Below, in pieces: positions 40,876 to 54,094 of a stretch of DNA of 64,000 bases. Under the pieces are notes generated by a model that had not been told where the DNA came from, ran no database searches, and was given only the letters and a program-made list of their open reading frames with translations. Source of the DNA: Eledone cirrhosa (taxonomy: Eukaryota); contig OZ024740.1 of assembly GCA_964016885.1 (NCBI GenBank), forward strand, positions 377,890,001-377,954,000, written 5' to 3'. The first letter of the stretch is position 1. Every line of letters begins with the position of its first letter. Position numbers and translations under genes: made by a program.

Positions 40876-42920
40876 ATCGACCCAATAGAGGGACCAGCAG
40901 TGTTAGTCGAGGGGAGTATAATAAGTAAGGCAATCAAGGATATGAAGACTGGTAAGGCGGCTGGGCCTTCGGAAATAGTTGCTGAGATGCTGAAGGCATC
41001 TGGCACGGTGGGACACACCATGGTCACCCGCATAGTTAACCAAGTCGTACAGAACGGGGTTGTTCCGAAGGACTGGCATAGCAGCATCATCGTTAACTGT
41101 TATAAGGGTAAAGGAGACGCCCTAGATAGGAGTAACTATAGAGGCATTAAATTAATCGACCAGGTCATGAAGGTCACGGAAAGAGTAATAGCGCAACTAA
41201 TCAAAGAGAGAATTGACCTAGATGAAATGCAGTTCGGGTTTGTGTCAGGCAAAAGTACCACAGACGCTCTTTTCATAGTACGACAACTACAGGAGAAGTA
41301 CCTAGCTAAAGGTAAACCCCTCTACTTAGCTTTTGTCGACTTGGAGAAAGCCTTCGACAGAGTCCCCCGTTCCATTATCTGGTGGGCTCTTAGAAAACTA
41401 GGCGTTGACGAATGGCTTGTGAGGGCTATACAAGCCATGTATAAAGAAACAGTCAGCAAGGTTAGAATTAACAACGAATATAGTGAAGAGTTTAGCGTAA
41501 AAGTCGGCGTCCATCAGGGCTCTGTTCTCAGTCCACTACTATTTATTATTGCCCTTCAGGCTATAACAGAGGAGTTCAAGACAGGCTGCCCATGGGAACT
41601 CCTATACGCAGACGACCTGACACTCATAGCGGAATCAATGGCCGAGCTAGAGAAGAAATTCCAAACATGGAAGCACGGCCTAGAGTCAAAAGGACTTAAA
41701 ATTAACCTGGCTAAGACCAAAGTACTAGTTTGTAGGAAAGAAAACAAGGCGGCGGTCCCTTCGGGGAAATGGTCGTGCTCGGTGTGTAGGAAAGGCGTAG
41801 GTAGAAACTCCATTTTATGTCCTAAATGCAAAGTATGGGTGCATAAAAGATGTAGTGGGATCACAGGTAAGCTAACTAAGAACATAGATTTTACATGTGG
41901 CCGGTGCTCTGGTGCAATAAGTAGCAGCAAGTGCCCACAAACTACTAGCTCTTTCAATTGCGCAGAGGGTTCTATAGAAATAGTGGACAGCTTCCGTTAC
42001 CTGGGCGATAAAATCAGCAGTGGGGGAGGGTGCTCTGAAAGTACTGTAGCTAGAGTCAGAACTGGTTGGAAAAAGTTCAGAGAGCTTATACCACTATTAG
42101 CTGCTAAAGGGTTCTCACTAAAAATGAAAGGCAGGTTGTACGATGCCTGCATACGAACAGCAATGCTGCATGGCAGTGAGACCTGGGCATTGTGTGCAGA
42201 GGATATACGCAGACTAGAGAGAAACGAAGCTTGCATGCTCCGCTGGATGTGTAACAGTAATATACGTGAACGGCAAAGCATAAACGAACTAAGGAATAAA
42301 TTAGAGATAAGAGGGATCAGATGTTGTTTACTCGAGAGAAGGCTACGTTGGTATGGACACGTGATGCGCATGAAAGTCGATAGCTGTATAACAAAGTGCA
42401 GGGCAATAAAGATAGACGGTAGTCACGGAATAGGCAGACCTAGAAAAACCTGGGACGAGCTGATAAACTCCGACATCACACACTTACACCTCTCCAAGAC
42501 AATGTCACTGGACCGAGACCTTTGGCGGTACTCAGTAACAGAGAAGACCCGCCTTACCTAAATATATAGTAAAACCTACTCCAGCCAGTAGGCATCTCTA
42601 ACAAAATACACCCCGTTCTATGTAAAGTTATGTTGGTGCCGCGCCATCGAGGCCGAAACAAATGAGATCGTGTAGGTGTCACGACAAAAAAACACACAGT
42701 CCACGCTGTAATGTGGCCGTGTAGGCAACACGGTAAAAACCTCCCAGACCCACACTGTAAATGTGGTTGGTGTTAGGAAGGGCATCCAACTGTAGAAAAC
42801 CTGCCAGACAGTCCTATGCGAGCAAGACAATCACTCTTGCCTCAAGTGGGACTACCCCCGTCCAAACCCATGCAAGCGTGGAACACGGACGTTAAACGTT
42901 GATGATGATGATGATGATGA
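40876..42920 (+). mobile_element. RTE family A LINE, 5'-truncated; uninterrupted RT frame to stop at 42561
   Basis: [42 protein letters not shown]; (GAT)n tail. Confidence 0.95.
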
Positions 42921-44115
<1,195 letters not shown>

Positions 44116-44116
<1 letters not shown>

Positions 44117-46764
44117 CATCCCAACATAGCTTAGTTGTCAGCGACCTCACGGTCAGAACTAGACGAGCCCTGAAACAGAGGCCAACCTGGAGAAGAAAGA
44201 TCTGGAAGCTGAAAGTCCCCTCAACCAGTAACAGATTTAAAGATATTTTACTCAACGCCTACGACAGTAAAGAAGAACAGATAGAGACATTTAACGTAGA
44301 AGAGAACTGGGAGTTCCTAAAAGATAACTTACTAGAGGCGACGGATGAGGTTTGTGGCTGGAGTAAGACCTCAAGCAGGAGGAGAGTGACTTGGTGGTGG
44401 AACAATAAGGTAGATGAAGCAGTCAAGGCCAAGAGACAGGCATGGAAAGAATGGAAGAACGGGGGGAGCAGGGTACATTACATAGAGACCAAGAGGGAAG
44501 CTAGGCGACAAGTATACTTAGCTAGGAGGGAAGCAGAGGATAGAAAATTCAAGCATGTTTTACAACGTGAGGACCAGAAACAGGAGGTATTCAAGATTGC
44601 GAGGCAGTGTGTCAGAGATAGTTGTGATGTCATTGGAGAGAAGTGTATCCGGAATGATAAAGGTGAGCTTGCCCTCACAAGTGCTGAGAAGAAAGATGCA
44701 TGGAAGAGTCATTATGATAGATTACTAAATGAGGAGAATGCATGGGAAGAAGAGACCCTACCCCACGTAGACCCTATAGAGGGACCAGCAGTACAAGTCA
44801 GCGGCAGCGTAGTAAGTAAGGCAATCAGAGATATGAAGATAGGGAAGGCAACCGGTCCATCGGGTATAGCTGCCGAGATGCTGAAGGCATCTGGGTCTGT
44901 AGGTCACACTATAACCACACGTATCGTTAACCAGGTAATACTAGAGGGGGCCATACCAAAAGATTGGTGCAGTAGCATCATTGTCAACTGCTACAAAGGT
45001 AAAGGCGATGCACTAGATAGAGGAAACTATAGAGGTATAAAGTTGATGGACCAGGTCATGAAAGTAACAGAAAGAGTTATAGCACAGCTGATTAGGGACC
45101 GGGTGAATATAGACGAGATGCAATTTGGGTTTGTACCAGGGAAAGGCACCACTGATGCGCTCTTCCTTGTGAGGCAATTACAGGAAAAGTACCTAGCTAA
45201 AAGTAAGCCACTCTACTTGGCATTTGTCGACCTTGAGAAAGCCTTTGACAGAGTTCCACGTGCAGTAATCTGGTGGGCTCTTAGAAAACTAGGAGTAGAT
45301 GAATGGCTTGTGAAAGTGGTACAAGCCATGTATAGGGGAGCAGTCAGCAAAGTTAGGATTGGCAATGAGTATAGCGAGGAATTTAGCGTACAGGTTGGGG
45401 TCCACCAGGGCTCTGTTCTTAGCCCTCTCCTGTTCATCATAGTCCTGCAGGCAATAACGGAGGAGTTTAAGACCGGATGCCCATGGGAACTCCTGTATGC
45501 TGATGACCTCGCACTCATAGCTGAATCTATGGTAGAACTAGAGAATAAATTCCAAACCTGGAAGCAGGGACTAGAGAGAAAGGGCCTCAAAGTCAACATG
45601 ACAAAGACTAAGGTCCTTATAAGTAGACGAGAAAACAGAACCCAGATCCCCTCAGGGAAATGGCCTTGCTCAGTATGTAGGAAAGGTGTAGGTAGGAACT
45701 CCATTCTTTGCCCCAAATGCAAACAATGGGTACACAAGAGATGTAGCGGGATCTCAGGAAGCTTAATTAAGAATGTAGGATTCACATGCAGCAGCTGTGC
45801 TGAAACAGCAAGCAAACAGCCACAGGAAACAAGTACCACCAATCTCTGGGAGGGCCCTGTAGAAACAGTAGACAGCTTCTGCTACCTAGGTGACCGAATT
45901 AGCAACGGAGGTGGGTGCTCAGAAAGTACAATAACTAGGGTAAGAACGGGATGGAAGAAGTTTAGGGAACTACTACCACTGCTAGCTGCAAAAGGCTTCT
46001 CCCTCAGAATGAAAGGCAGACTGTATGATGCGTGTATCCGAACAGCGATGTTGCATGGTAGTGAGACCTGGGCGCTGAAGGTGGAAGACTTACGTAGATT
46101 AGAGAGAAACGAAGCCTGCATGCTCCGATGGATGTGTAACAGTAATATACGTGAACGACAAAGCATAAATGAATTGAGAGAGAGACTGAGCATAAGAGGA
46201 ATCAAATGCTGCGTGCAGGAGAGGCGGTTACGCTGGTATGGACATGTGATGCGTATGAAGGATGACAGCTGCATAAAAAGGTGCAGAGCACTAGAAGTTG
46301 ATGGAAACCGCGGAGTGGGGAGACCCAAGATGACTTGGGATGAGGTGATAAAAGCCGACCTTACCCAACTACACCTCTCAAAGTCAATGACACACGACCG
46401 TGACTTCTGGCGTCACGCAGTAATACTGGGTACCCGACCTCCCATGGGTACATGCTGAAGCATATAAACAATATGCCCCCCCCCCCCCCCCACCGCAAGG
46501 TGGTCGTGGAGGTGCCACGGCAAAAAAGCACCCAGCCCACACTGTAAAGTGGACGTGTAGGCGCCACGAAAAAGCACCCAGCACTCACTGTAAATGAGGT
46601 TGGTGTTAGGAAGGGCATCCAGCTGTAGAAATCAAGCCAGATCAGTTCCTGTATGAGCAAGGCATGGTCAGCCGACCAGACACTGCCCACAACAGGACAA
46701 CCCGTCTAACCCATGCTAGCGTGGAAGAACGGACGTAAAACGGTGATGATGATGATGATGATGA

Positions 46765-46768
<4 letters not shown>
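44116..46768 (+). mobile_element. RTE family B LINE, 5'-truncated near the end of the APE domain
   Basis: Frame open from ~44116 ([10 protein letters not shown]) to stop at 46458; distinct 3' UTR; (GAT)n tail. Confidence 0.95.
44386..46458 (+). CDS. RTE-clade reverse transcriptase with PHD-type finger (N-terminally truncated; no native start)
   Basis: WWNNKV linker, all RT motifs including YADD, C4HC3 finger; no internal stops. Confidence 0.85.
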   Translation: MTWWWNNKVDEAVKAKRQAWKEWKNGGSRVHYIETKREARRQVYLARREAEDRKFKHVLQREDQKQEVFKIARQCVRDSCDVIGEKCIRNDKGELALTSAEKKDAWKSHYDRLLNEENAWEEETLPHVDPIEGPAVQVSGSVVSKAIRDMKIGKATGPSGIAAEMLKASGSVGHTITTRIVNQVILEGAIPKDWCSSIIVNCYKGKGDALDRGNYRGIKLMDQVMKVTERVIAQLIRDRVNIDEMQFGFVPGKGTTDALFLVRQLQEKYLAKSKPLYLAFVDLEKAFDRVPRAVIWWALRKLGVDEWLVKVVQAMYRGAVSKVRIGNEYSEEFSVQVGVHQGSVLSPLLFIIVLQAITEEFKTGCPWELLYADDLALIAESMVELENKFQTWKQGLERKGLKVNMTKTKVLISRRENRTQIPSGKWPCSVCRKGVGRNSILCPKCKQWVHKRCSGISGSLIKNVGFTCSSCAETASKQPQETSTTNLWEGPVETVDSFCYLGDRISNGGGCSESTITRVRTGWKKFRELLPLLAAKGFSLRMKGRLYDACIRTAMLHGSETWALKVEDLRRLERNEACMLRWMCNSNIRERQSINELRERLSIRGIKCCVQERRLRWYGHVMRMKDDSCIKRCRALEVDGNRGVGRPKMTWDEVIKADLTQLHLSKSMTHDRDFWRHAVILGTRPPMGTC

Positions 46769-46803
<35 letters not shown>

Positions 46804-46826
46804 TATATACATATATACATATATAC

Positions 46827-46895
<69 letters not shown>

Positions 46896-46919
46896 CATGT
46901 ATATGTTTTACTATATATA

Positions 46920-47305
46920 AATATATAGTAAAACCTACTCCAGCCAGTAGGCATCTCTAACAAAATACACCCCGTCCCACCCCCACCCCATCCACACCAC
47001 CCCGTTCTATGTAAAGTTATGTTGGTGCCGCGCCATCCAGGCCGAAACAAATGAGATCGTGTAGGTGTCACGACAAAAAAACACACAGTCCACGCTGTAA
47101 TGTGGCCGTGTAGGCAACACGGTAAAAACCTCCCAGACCCACACTGTAAATGTGGTTGGTGTTAGGAAGGGCATCCAACTGTAGAAAACCTGCCAGACAG
47201 TCCTATGCGAGCAAGACAATCACTCTTGCCTCAAGTGGGACTACCCCCGTCCAAACCCATACAAGCGTGGAACACGGACGTTAAACGTTGATGATGATGA
47301 TGATA
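46920..47305 (+). mobile_element. RTE family A 3' UTR only
   Basis: Near-identical to 42561-42920 and 52350-52727. Confidence 0.92.
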
Positions 47306-47314
47306 TATATATAC

Positions 47315-47342
<28 letters not shown>

Positions 47343-47345
<3 letters not shown>

Positions 47346-47547
47346 GGAACAAGTAAGACCCCGACGGCTGAGCTCAAGCCGTTTCGACGGCTAATTCTGT
47401 ATATATATTAGTACAGAATTAGCCGTCGAAACGGCTTGAGCTCAGCCGTCAGGGTCTTACTTGTTCCTATTACCCACTCTACTACCCTAAGTATTGAGTA
47501 CTTTGGTGCGTTATGGTCCACCTGGTTCCTTACCACATTTCCTTCGT

Positions 47548-47548
<1 letters not shown>
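47343..47548. mobile_element. Fold-back element H2: 59-bp inverted arms plus ~78-bp tail, carrying the 3' half of an HHR
   Basis: Arms 47343-47401 and 47412-47470 with 1 mismatch; GAAA-CGGCU(UGAGCUC)AGCCG-UC; (TA)n flanks. Confidence 0.75.
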
Positions 47549-47581
<33 letters not shown>

Positions 47582-47586
47582 CATAT

Positions 47587-48828
47587 CTCTTTTACTCTTT
47601 TACCTGTTTCAGCCATCCGCCCTTGTTGCTACACATTTTATCTCCAGCCTGTATAGGTTGGCCACTGGTGTAAGAGAGAGTTTGTTGTTGCTGCCCTTAG
47701 GTTTCCCTCGTGTCTTGCTGTTGGCTCATCCGGGATCCTGGATAACAGGTGTCGAGATGTTTCTTAAAGACATCCACCTCCACGTCATGCAAGTCTCTCA
47801 GATCCCTCGGCAGCCTGTTGAAGAGTTGAGGGCCCTTGAATCCCAGGCTATTGCAATACCTGCTCCTTATTCTAGATGTGGAAGACGGGACCTTTGGCAC
47901 CACACACTGACGTCCTGTTCGACGGTTGGTGCAGCTCTCAGTGCCAAAGTTTGGTGCTAGTCCCTCCAAGATTTTCCACATGTAGATCACTGCGTATCTC
48001 TCCCGTCTTCGCTCCAAGGAGTAGAGGTTCAGTTCCTTTAGCCTCTCCCAGTAGCTTGTCTCCCTCATCTTGGCAATCCTCTTGGTGTAGCTTCGCTGGA
48101 TTGCCTCAAGCTCCGTGGTTGGGGTGACCACAACTGGGAGCAGTAGTCCAGGCGGATAGGACAAGTGTCCTCCATAGTGTCAACAAGGTGTCTCGATCTC
48201 TTGTCCGGAAAGTCCTCAAGATCCAGCCAGCGAGTCGTCTGCACATTGTCGCCACTTTCATGATGTGTGAAGAAAAAGATGCATCATCGCTCATGTCTAT
48301 GCCCAGGTCTCGTATCGATTTTGACACGGGGATATCGGTCCCTCCTGGTCCTGTGTAGCTGTTTTCCACTATATTTGTGTTTGCAGGTTTGTATTGTAGG
48401 GCTTGGAATTTGCCAGCATTAAACTGCATGTTGTTTTCTTCCGCCCATCTGTATATGGCATCCAGATCCTGCTGTAAAAGGGCAGCGTCAGCCGGGTTTT
48501 TGATTGCCTGTGCTACCTTAGTGTCATCAGCATAGCTAGTGAGGGATGTTGTTGCATGCACCACAGAGGGCATGTCCGAGAGAGCCACCAAAAACAGTAG
48601 TGGTCCCAGGACTGTCCCCTGGGGCACCCCACTTGTTATCGGTGTTTCCCTCGAGAAGGCCCCATTTGCTGCGACTGCCTGGCTTCTGTCCCTTAGGAAG
48701 CCATGCAGACACTCACCTACTTTTCCAGTTATGCCGAGTCCGTGTAGTTTGTGACATATCATTCCGTGGTCGACCTTGACAAAGGCCTTCGCAAAGTCAA
48801 GATATATCACGTCCACATGTGAGCTGTC
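47587..48828 (-). mobile_element. CR1-group LINE, 5'-truncated and frameshifted
   Basis: [44 protein letters not shown]; tail (GTAAAAGA)n. Confidence 0.9.
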
Positions 48829-48939
48829 TATATATATATACATATATATATATACATATACATATATATATATATATACATATATATACATATATATACA
48901 TATATATACATATATATACATATATATACATATATATAC

Positions 48940-49078
<139 letters not shown>

Positions 49079-49081
49079 CAT

Positions 49082-49626
49082 CTGGACCGAGACCTTTGGC
49101 GGTACTCAGTAATAGAGAAGACCCGCCTTACCTAAATACAAAGTAAAAACCTACTACAGTCAGTAGGCATCTCTATCAAAACACACCCCCGTCCCACCAC
49201 CTCCACACCGCCCCTTTCAATGTAAAGTTATGTTGGTCCCACAACATCCAGGCCGAAACAAATGTGATCGTGTAGGTGTCACGACAAAAAACACAGTCCA
49301 CGCTGTAAATGTGGCCATGTAGGCAACACGGTAAAAACCTCCCAGCCCCACACTGTAAATGTGGTTGGTGTTAGGAAGGGCATCCAACTGTAGAAACGCC
49401 GCCAGACAGTCCACGCTGTAATGTGGCCGTGTAGGCAACACGGTAAAAACCTCCCAGCCCCACACTGTAAATGTGGTTGGTGTTAGGAAGGGCATCCAAC
49501 TGTAGAAAACCCGCCAGACAGTCCTATGCGAGCAAGACAACCACTCTTGCCTCAAGTGGGAAAACCCCCGTCCAAACCCATGCAAGCGTGGAACACGGAC
49601 GCTAAACCTCATGATGATGATGATGA
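49082..49626 (+). mobile_element. RTE family A 3' end with an internal ~113-bp tandem duplication
   Basis: [17 protein letters not shown]; duplicated unit 49293-49405 / 49406-49517. Confidence 0.9.
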
Positions 49627-49664
49627 TATATATAATACATACATACATATATATATATATATGT

Positions 49665-49697
<33 letters not shown>

Positions 49698-49706
49698 CAC
49701 ATACAT

Positions 49707-49739
<33 letters not shown>

Positions 49740-49764
49740 CATATATATACATATATATATATAT

Positions 49765-49809
<45 letters not shown>

Positions 49810-49811
49810 CG

Positions 49812-49859
<48 letters not shown>

Positions 49860-49860
49860 C

Positions 49861-50047
<187 letters not shown>

Positions 50048-50086
50048 CATATATATATATATATACACATACATATATATATATAT

Positions 50087-50121
<35 letters not shown>

Positions 50122-50123
50122 TA

Positions 50124-50550
50124 TAGATAGGTAAATATACACGGGTGTGTATGATTGTGTATAGAAGATTATATTAATAAGAGGAATTCCAACTTTGTCT
50201 GATTTACTCGTTTTATTTACAATCCTTTAAAATATATATAATGGTATTATAATGAAATAGTATGATAGAATATTAAATTCTAAGTGTTAATTGAACAAGT
50301 ACTTTCATGCTTTCGCAATCTTCAGGTTCATGATATGTGGTGACAGTCGAGTTTGCAATTTGAAAATTGCAAACTCGACTGTCACCACATATCATGAACC
50401 TGAAGATTGCGAAAGCATGAAAGTACTTGTTCAATTAACACTTAGAATTTAATATTCTATCATACTATTTCATTATAATACCATTATATATATTTTAAAG
50501 GATTGTAAATAAAACGAGTAAATCAGACAAAGTTGGAATTCCTCTTATTA

Positions 50551-50555
<5 letters not shown>
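50124..50555. mobile_element. Fold-back element H1, copy 2 (opposite orientation)
   Basis: Tail 50124-50169 is the reverse complement of 37909-37955; arms 50170-50361 and 50364-50555. Confidence 0.85.
50395..50433 (+). ncRNA. Minimal hammerhead ribozyme motif (mirror on minus strand at 50292-50330)
   Basis: Identical to 37748-37786. Confidence 0.75.
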
Positions 50556-50581
<26 letters not shown>

Positions 50582-50600
50582 CATATATATATATACACAT

Positions 50601-50659
<59 letters not shown>

Positions 50660-50776
50660 CATATATATATATATACACATACATATATATATATATACAC
50701 ATACATATATATATATATACACATATATATATATATACACATACATATATATATATACACATACATATATATATAT

Positions 50777-50898
<122 letters not shown>

Positions 50899-50916
50899 AT
50901 ATATATATATATATAT

Positions 50917-50988
<72 letters not shown>

Positions 50989-50991
<3 letters not shown>

Positions 50992-52727
50992 AATCAGAGA
51001 GAGAATTGATCTAGATGAAATGCAGTTCGGGTTTGTGTCAGGCAAAAGCACCACAGACGCTCTTTTCATAGTACGACAACTACAGGAGAAGTACCTAGCT
51101 AAAGGTAAACCCCTCTACTTAGCTTTTGTCGACCTGGAGAAAGCCTTCGACAGAGTCCCCCGCTCCATTATCTGGTGGGCTCTTAGAAAACTAGGCGTTG
51201 ACGAATGGCTTGTGAGGGCTATACAAGCCATGTATAAAGAAACAGTCAGCAAGGTTAGAATTAACAACGAATATAGTGAAGAGTTTAGCGTAAAAGTTGG
51301 CGTCCATCAGGGCTCTGTTCTTAGCCCCCTACTATTTATTATTGCCCTTCAGGCTATAACAGAGGAGTTCAAGACAGGCTTCCCATGGAAACTCCTATAC
51401 GCAGACGACCTGACACTCATAGCGGAATCAATGGCCGAGCTAGAGAAGAAATTCCAAACATGGAAGCACGGCCTAGAGTCAAAAGGACTTAAAATTAACC
51501 TGGCTAAGACCAAAGTTCTAGTTTGTAGGAAAGAAAACAAGGCGGCGGTCCCTTCTGGGAAATGGTCGTGCTCGGTATGTAGGAAAGGCGTAGGTAGAAA
51601 CTCCATCTTATGTCCTAAATGCAAAGTATGGGTGCATAAAAGATGTAGTGGGATCACAGGTAAGCTAACTAAGAACATAGACTTTACATGTGGCCGGTGT
51701 TCTGGTGCAATAAGTAGCAGCAAGTGCCCACAAAATACTAGCTCTTTCAATTGCGCAGAGGGTTCTATAGAAATAGTGGACAGCTTCCGTTACCTGGGCG
51801 ATAAAATCAGCAGTGGGGGAGGGTGCTCTGAAAGTACTGTAGCTAGAGTCAGAACTGGTTGGAAAAAGTTCAGAGAGCTTATACCACTATTAGCTGCTAA
51901 AGGGTTCTCCCTAAAAATGAAAGGCAGGTTGTACGATGCCTGCATACGAACAGCAATGTTGCATGGTAGTGAGACCTGGGCATTGTGTGCAGAGGATATA
52001 CGCAGACTAGAGAGGAACGAAGCTTGCATGCTCCGCTGGATGTGTAACAGTAATATACGTGAACGGCAAAGCATAAACGAACTAAGGAAAAAATTAGAGA
52101 TAAGAGGGATCAGATGTTGTTTACTCGAGAGAAGGCTGCGTTGGTATGGACACGTGATGCGCATGAAAGTCGATAGCTGTATTACAAAGTGCAGGGCAAT
52201 AAAGATAGACGGTAGCCACGGAATAGGCAGACCTAGAAAAACATGGGATGAGCTGATAAACTCCGACCTCACACACTTACACCTCTCCAAGACAATGTCA
52301 CTGGACCGTGACCTTTGGCGGTACTCAGTAACAGAGAAGACCCGCCTTGCCAGTAGGCATCTCTAAGAAACTACACCCCGTCCCGCCACCACCCCCACCC
52401 CATCCACACCACCCCGTTCTATGTAAAGTTATGTTGGTGCCGCGCCATCCAGGCCGAAACAAATGAGATCGTGTAGGTGTCACGACAAAAAAACACACAG
52501 TCCACGCTGTAATGTGGCCGTGTAGGCAACACGGTAAAAACCTCCCAGACCCACACTGTAAATGTGGTTGGTGTTAGGAAGGGCATCCAACTGTAGAAAA
52601 CCTGCCAGACAGTCCTATGCGAGCAAGACAATCACTCTTGCCTCAAGTGGGACTACCCCCGTCCAAACCCATGCAAGCGTGGAACACGGACGTTAAACGT
52701 TGATGATGATGATGATGATGATGATGA
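50989..52727 (+). mobile_element. RTE family A LINE, 5'-truncated; a ~28-bp deletion removes the native stop
   Basis: ORF 51020-52366 is nearly identical to the copy at 41227-42561 but ends TRLASRHL. Confidence 0.95.
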
Positions 52728-52734
52728 TATATAT

Positions 52735-53006
<272 letters not shown>

Positions 53007-53040
53007 AGATTTGAATGGATACAGTTTAGTTGAAAGGAAT

Positions 53041-53157
53041 TTATTGACACGTGTTTCTATAACAGTTACATAACCTAAAACAGCTATCTACAAACTTTTA
53101 GTTATGCAGACATTCAATATTTCAATGTTATTGTTTACTGTCATTTCATCAGAATAA
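53041..53157 (-). ncRNA. Hammerhead ribozyme motif in the PLE pLTR
   Basis: UUAUU-CUGAUGA-[long stem II AUGACAGU...ACUGUUAU]-GAAA-CACGUG-UC-AAUAA; GUC cleavage triplet. Confidence 0.85.
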
Positions 53158-53730
53158 TATTACTGAGGACCTATTTAGTTTTTATAGAGAATATTAGGAG
53201 GAAGGGGTGAAGTTGTTAGAAGAATAGTTGAAGGAGTGGTTTTTCGATAGCAGTGAGAATTCTTGGTGGCAGTGATTAATTAGATTCCCATCTGTTGTTT
53301 TGACATTTTTTATAGAATATATTATTGGTTATTTTTCTAAATCTATAGAAGGATTAGAGATAGTAAAGATATGCGTGGTTGGTTTTGTGTTTGCACTTAA
53401 CATTCAGACTTAAATTTTTCTTTCAAGTGTACGTATTCTTTCACCCACGCATTCACACACAAATATATTTGCACACCTCTACAAAATACATATACTCACA
53501 ATTCACATATTCATACTTACATATATATACACATGCATACACATATATATACACACACATGTATTCATGTACATACATACGCGCTCATGTGTATACATTT
53601 TCATACTCAACTTATCTTATACACACGTATAGACACACACATATATACATACATACTCTAGTCCATGTGTACACACATACACATACATACACATCCATAT
53701 ACACATATATATGTACATATATACATATAC

Positions 53731-53775
<45 letters not shown>

Positions 53776-53776
53776 C

Positions 53777-53825
<49 letters not shown>

Positions 53826-54094
53826 AACACTTTAATACATGAATACACTTACATCTAACTATACACATCAAACATATATATATATTTACTTATTTATATA
53901 CATTTTCACATATATATACATACTTATGGACGTTTTTAGACACATTCATTATCGCATATTTGTACCTATTCTCATCAGCATATCTTTTCATTATTAGTAT
54001 GGTAATTTAAGGTTATTAATATATGTTGAAAAGAGATTGTTTTTATATTTTTCTAACTAGATTAAGGTTTATATAGTTGGGGGATGTCCCTCTT

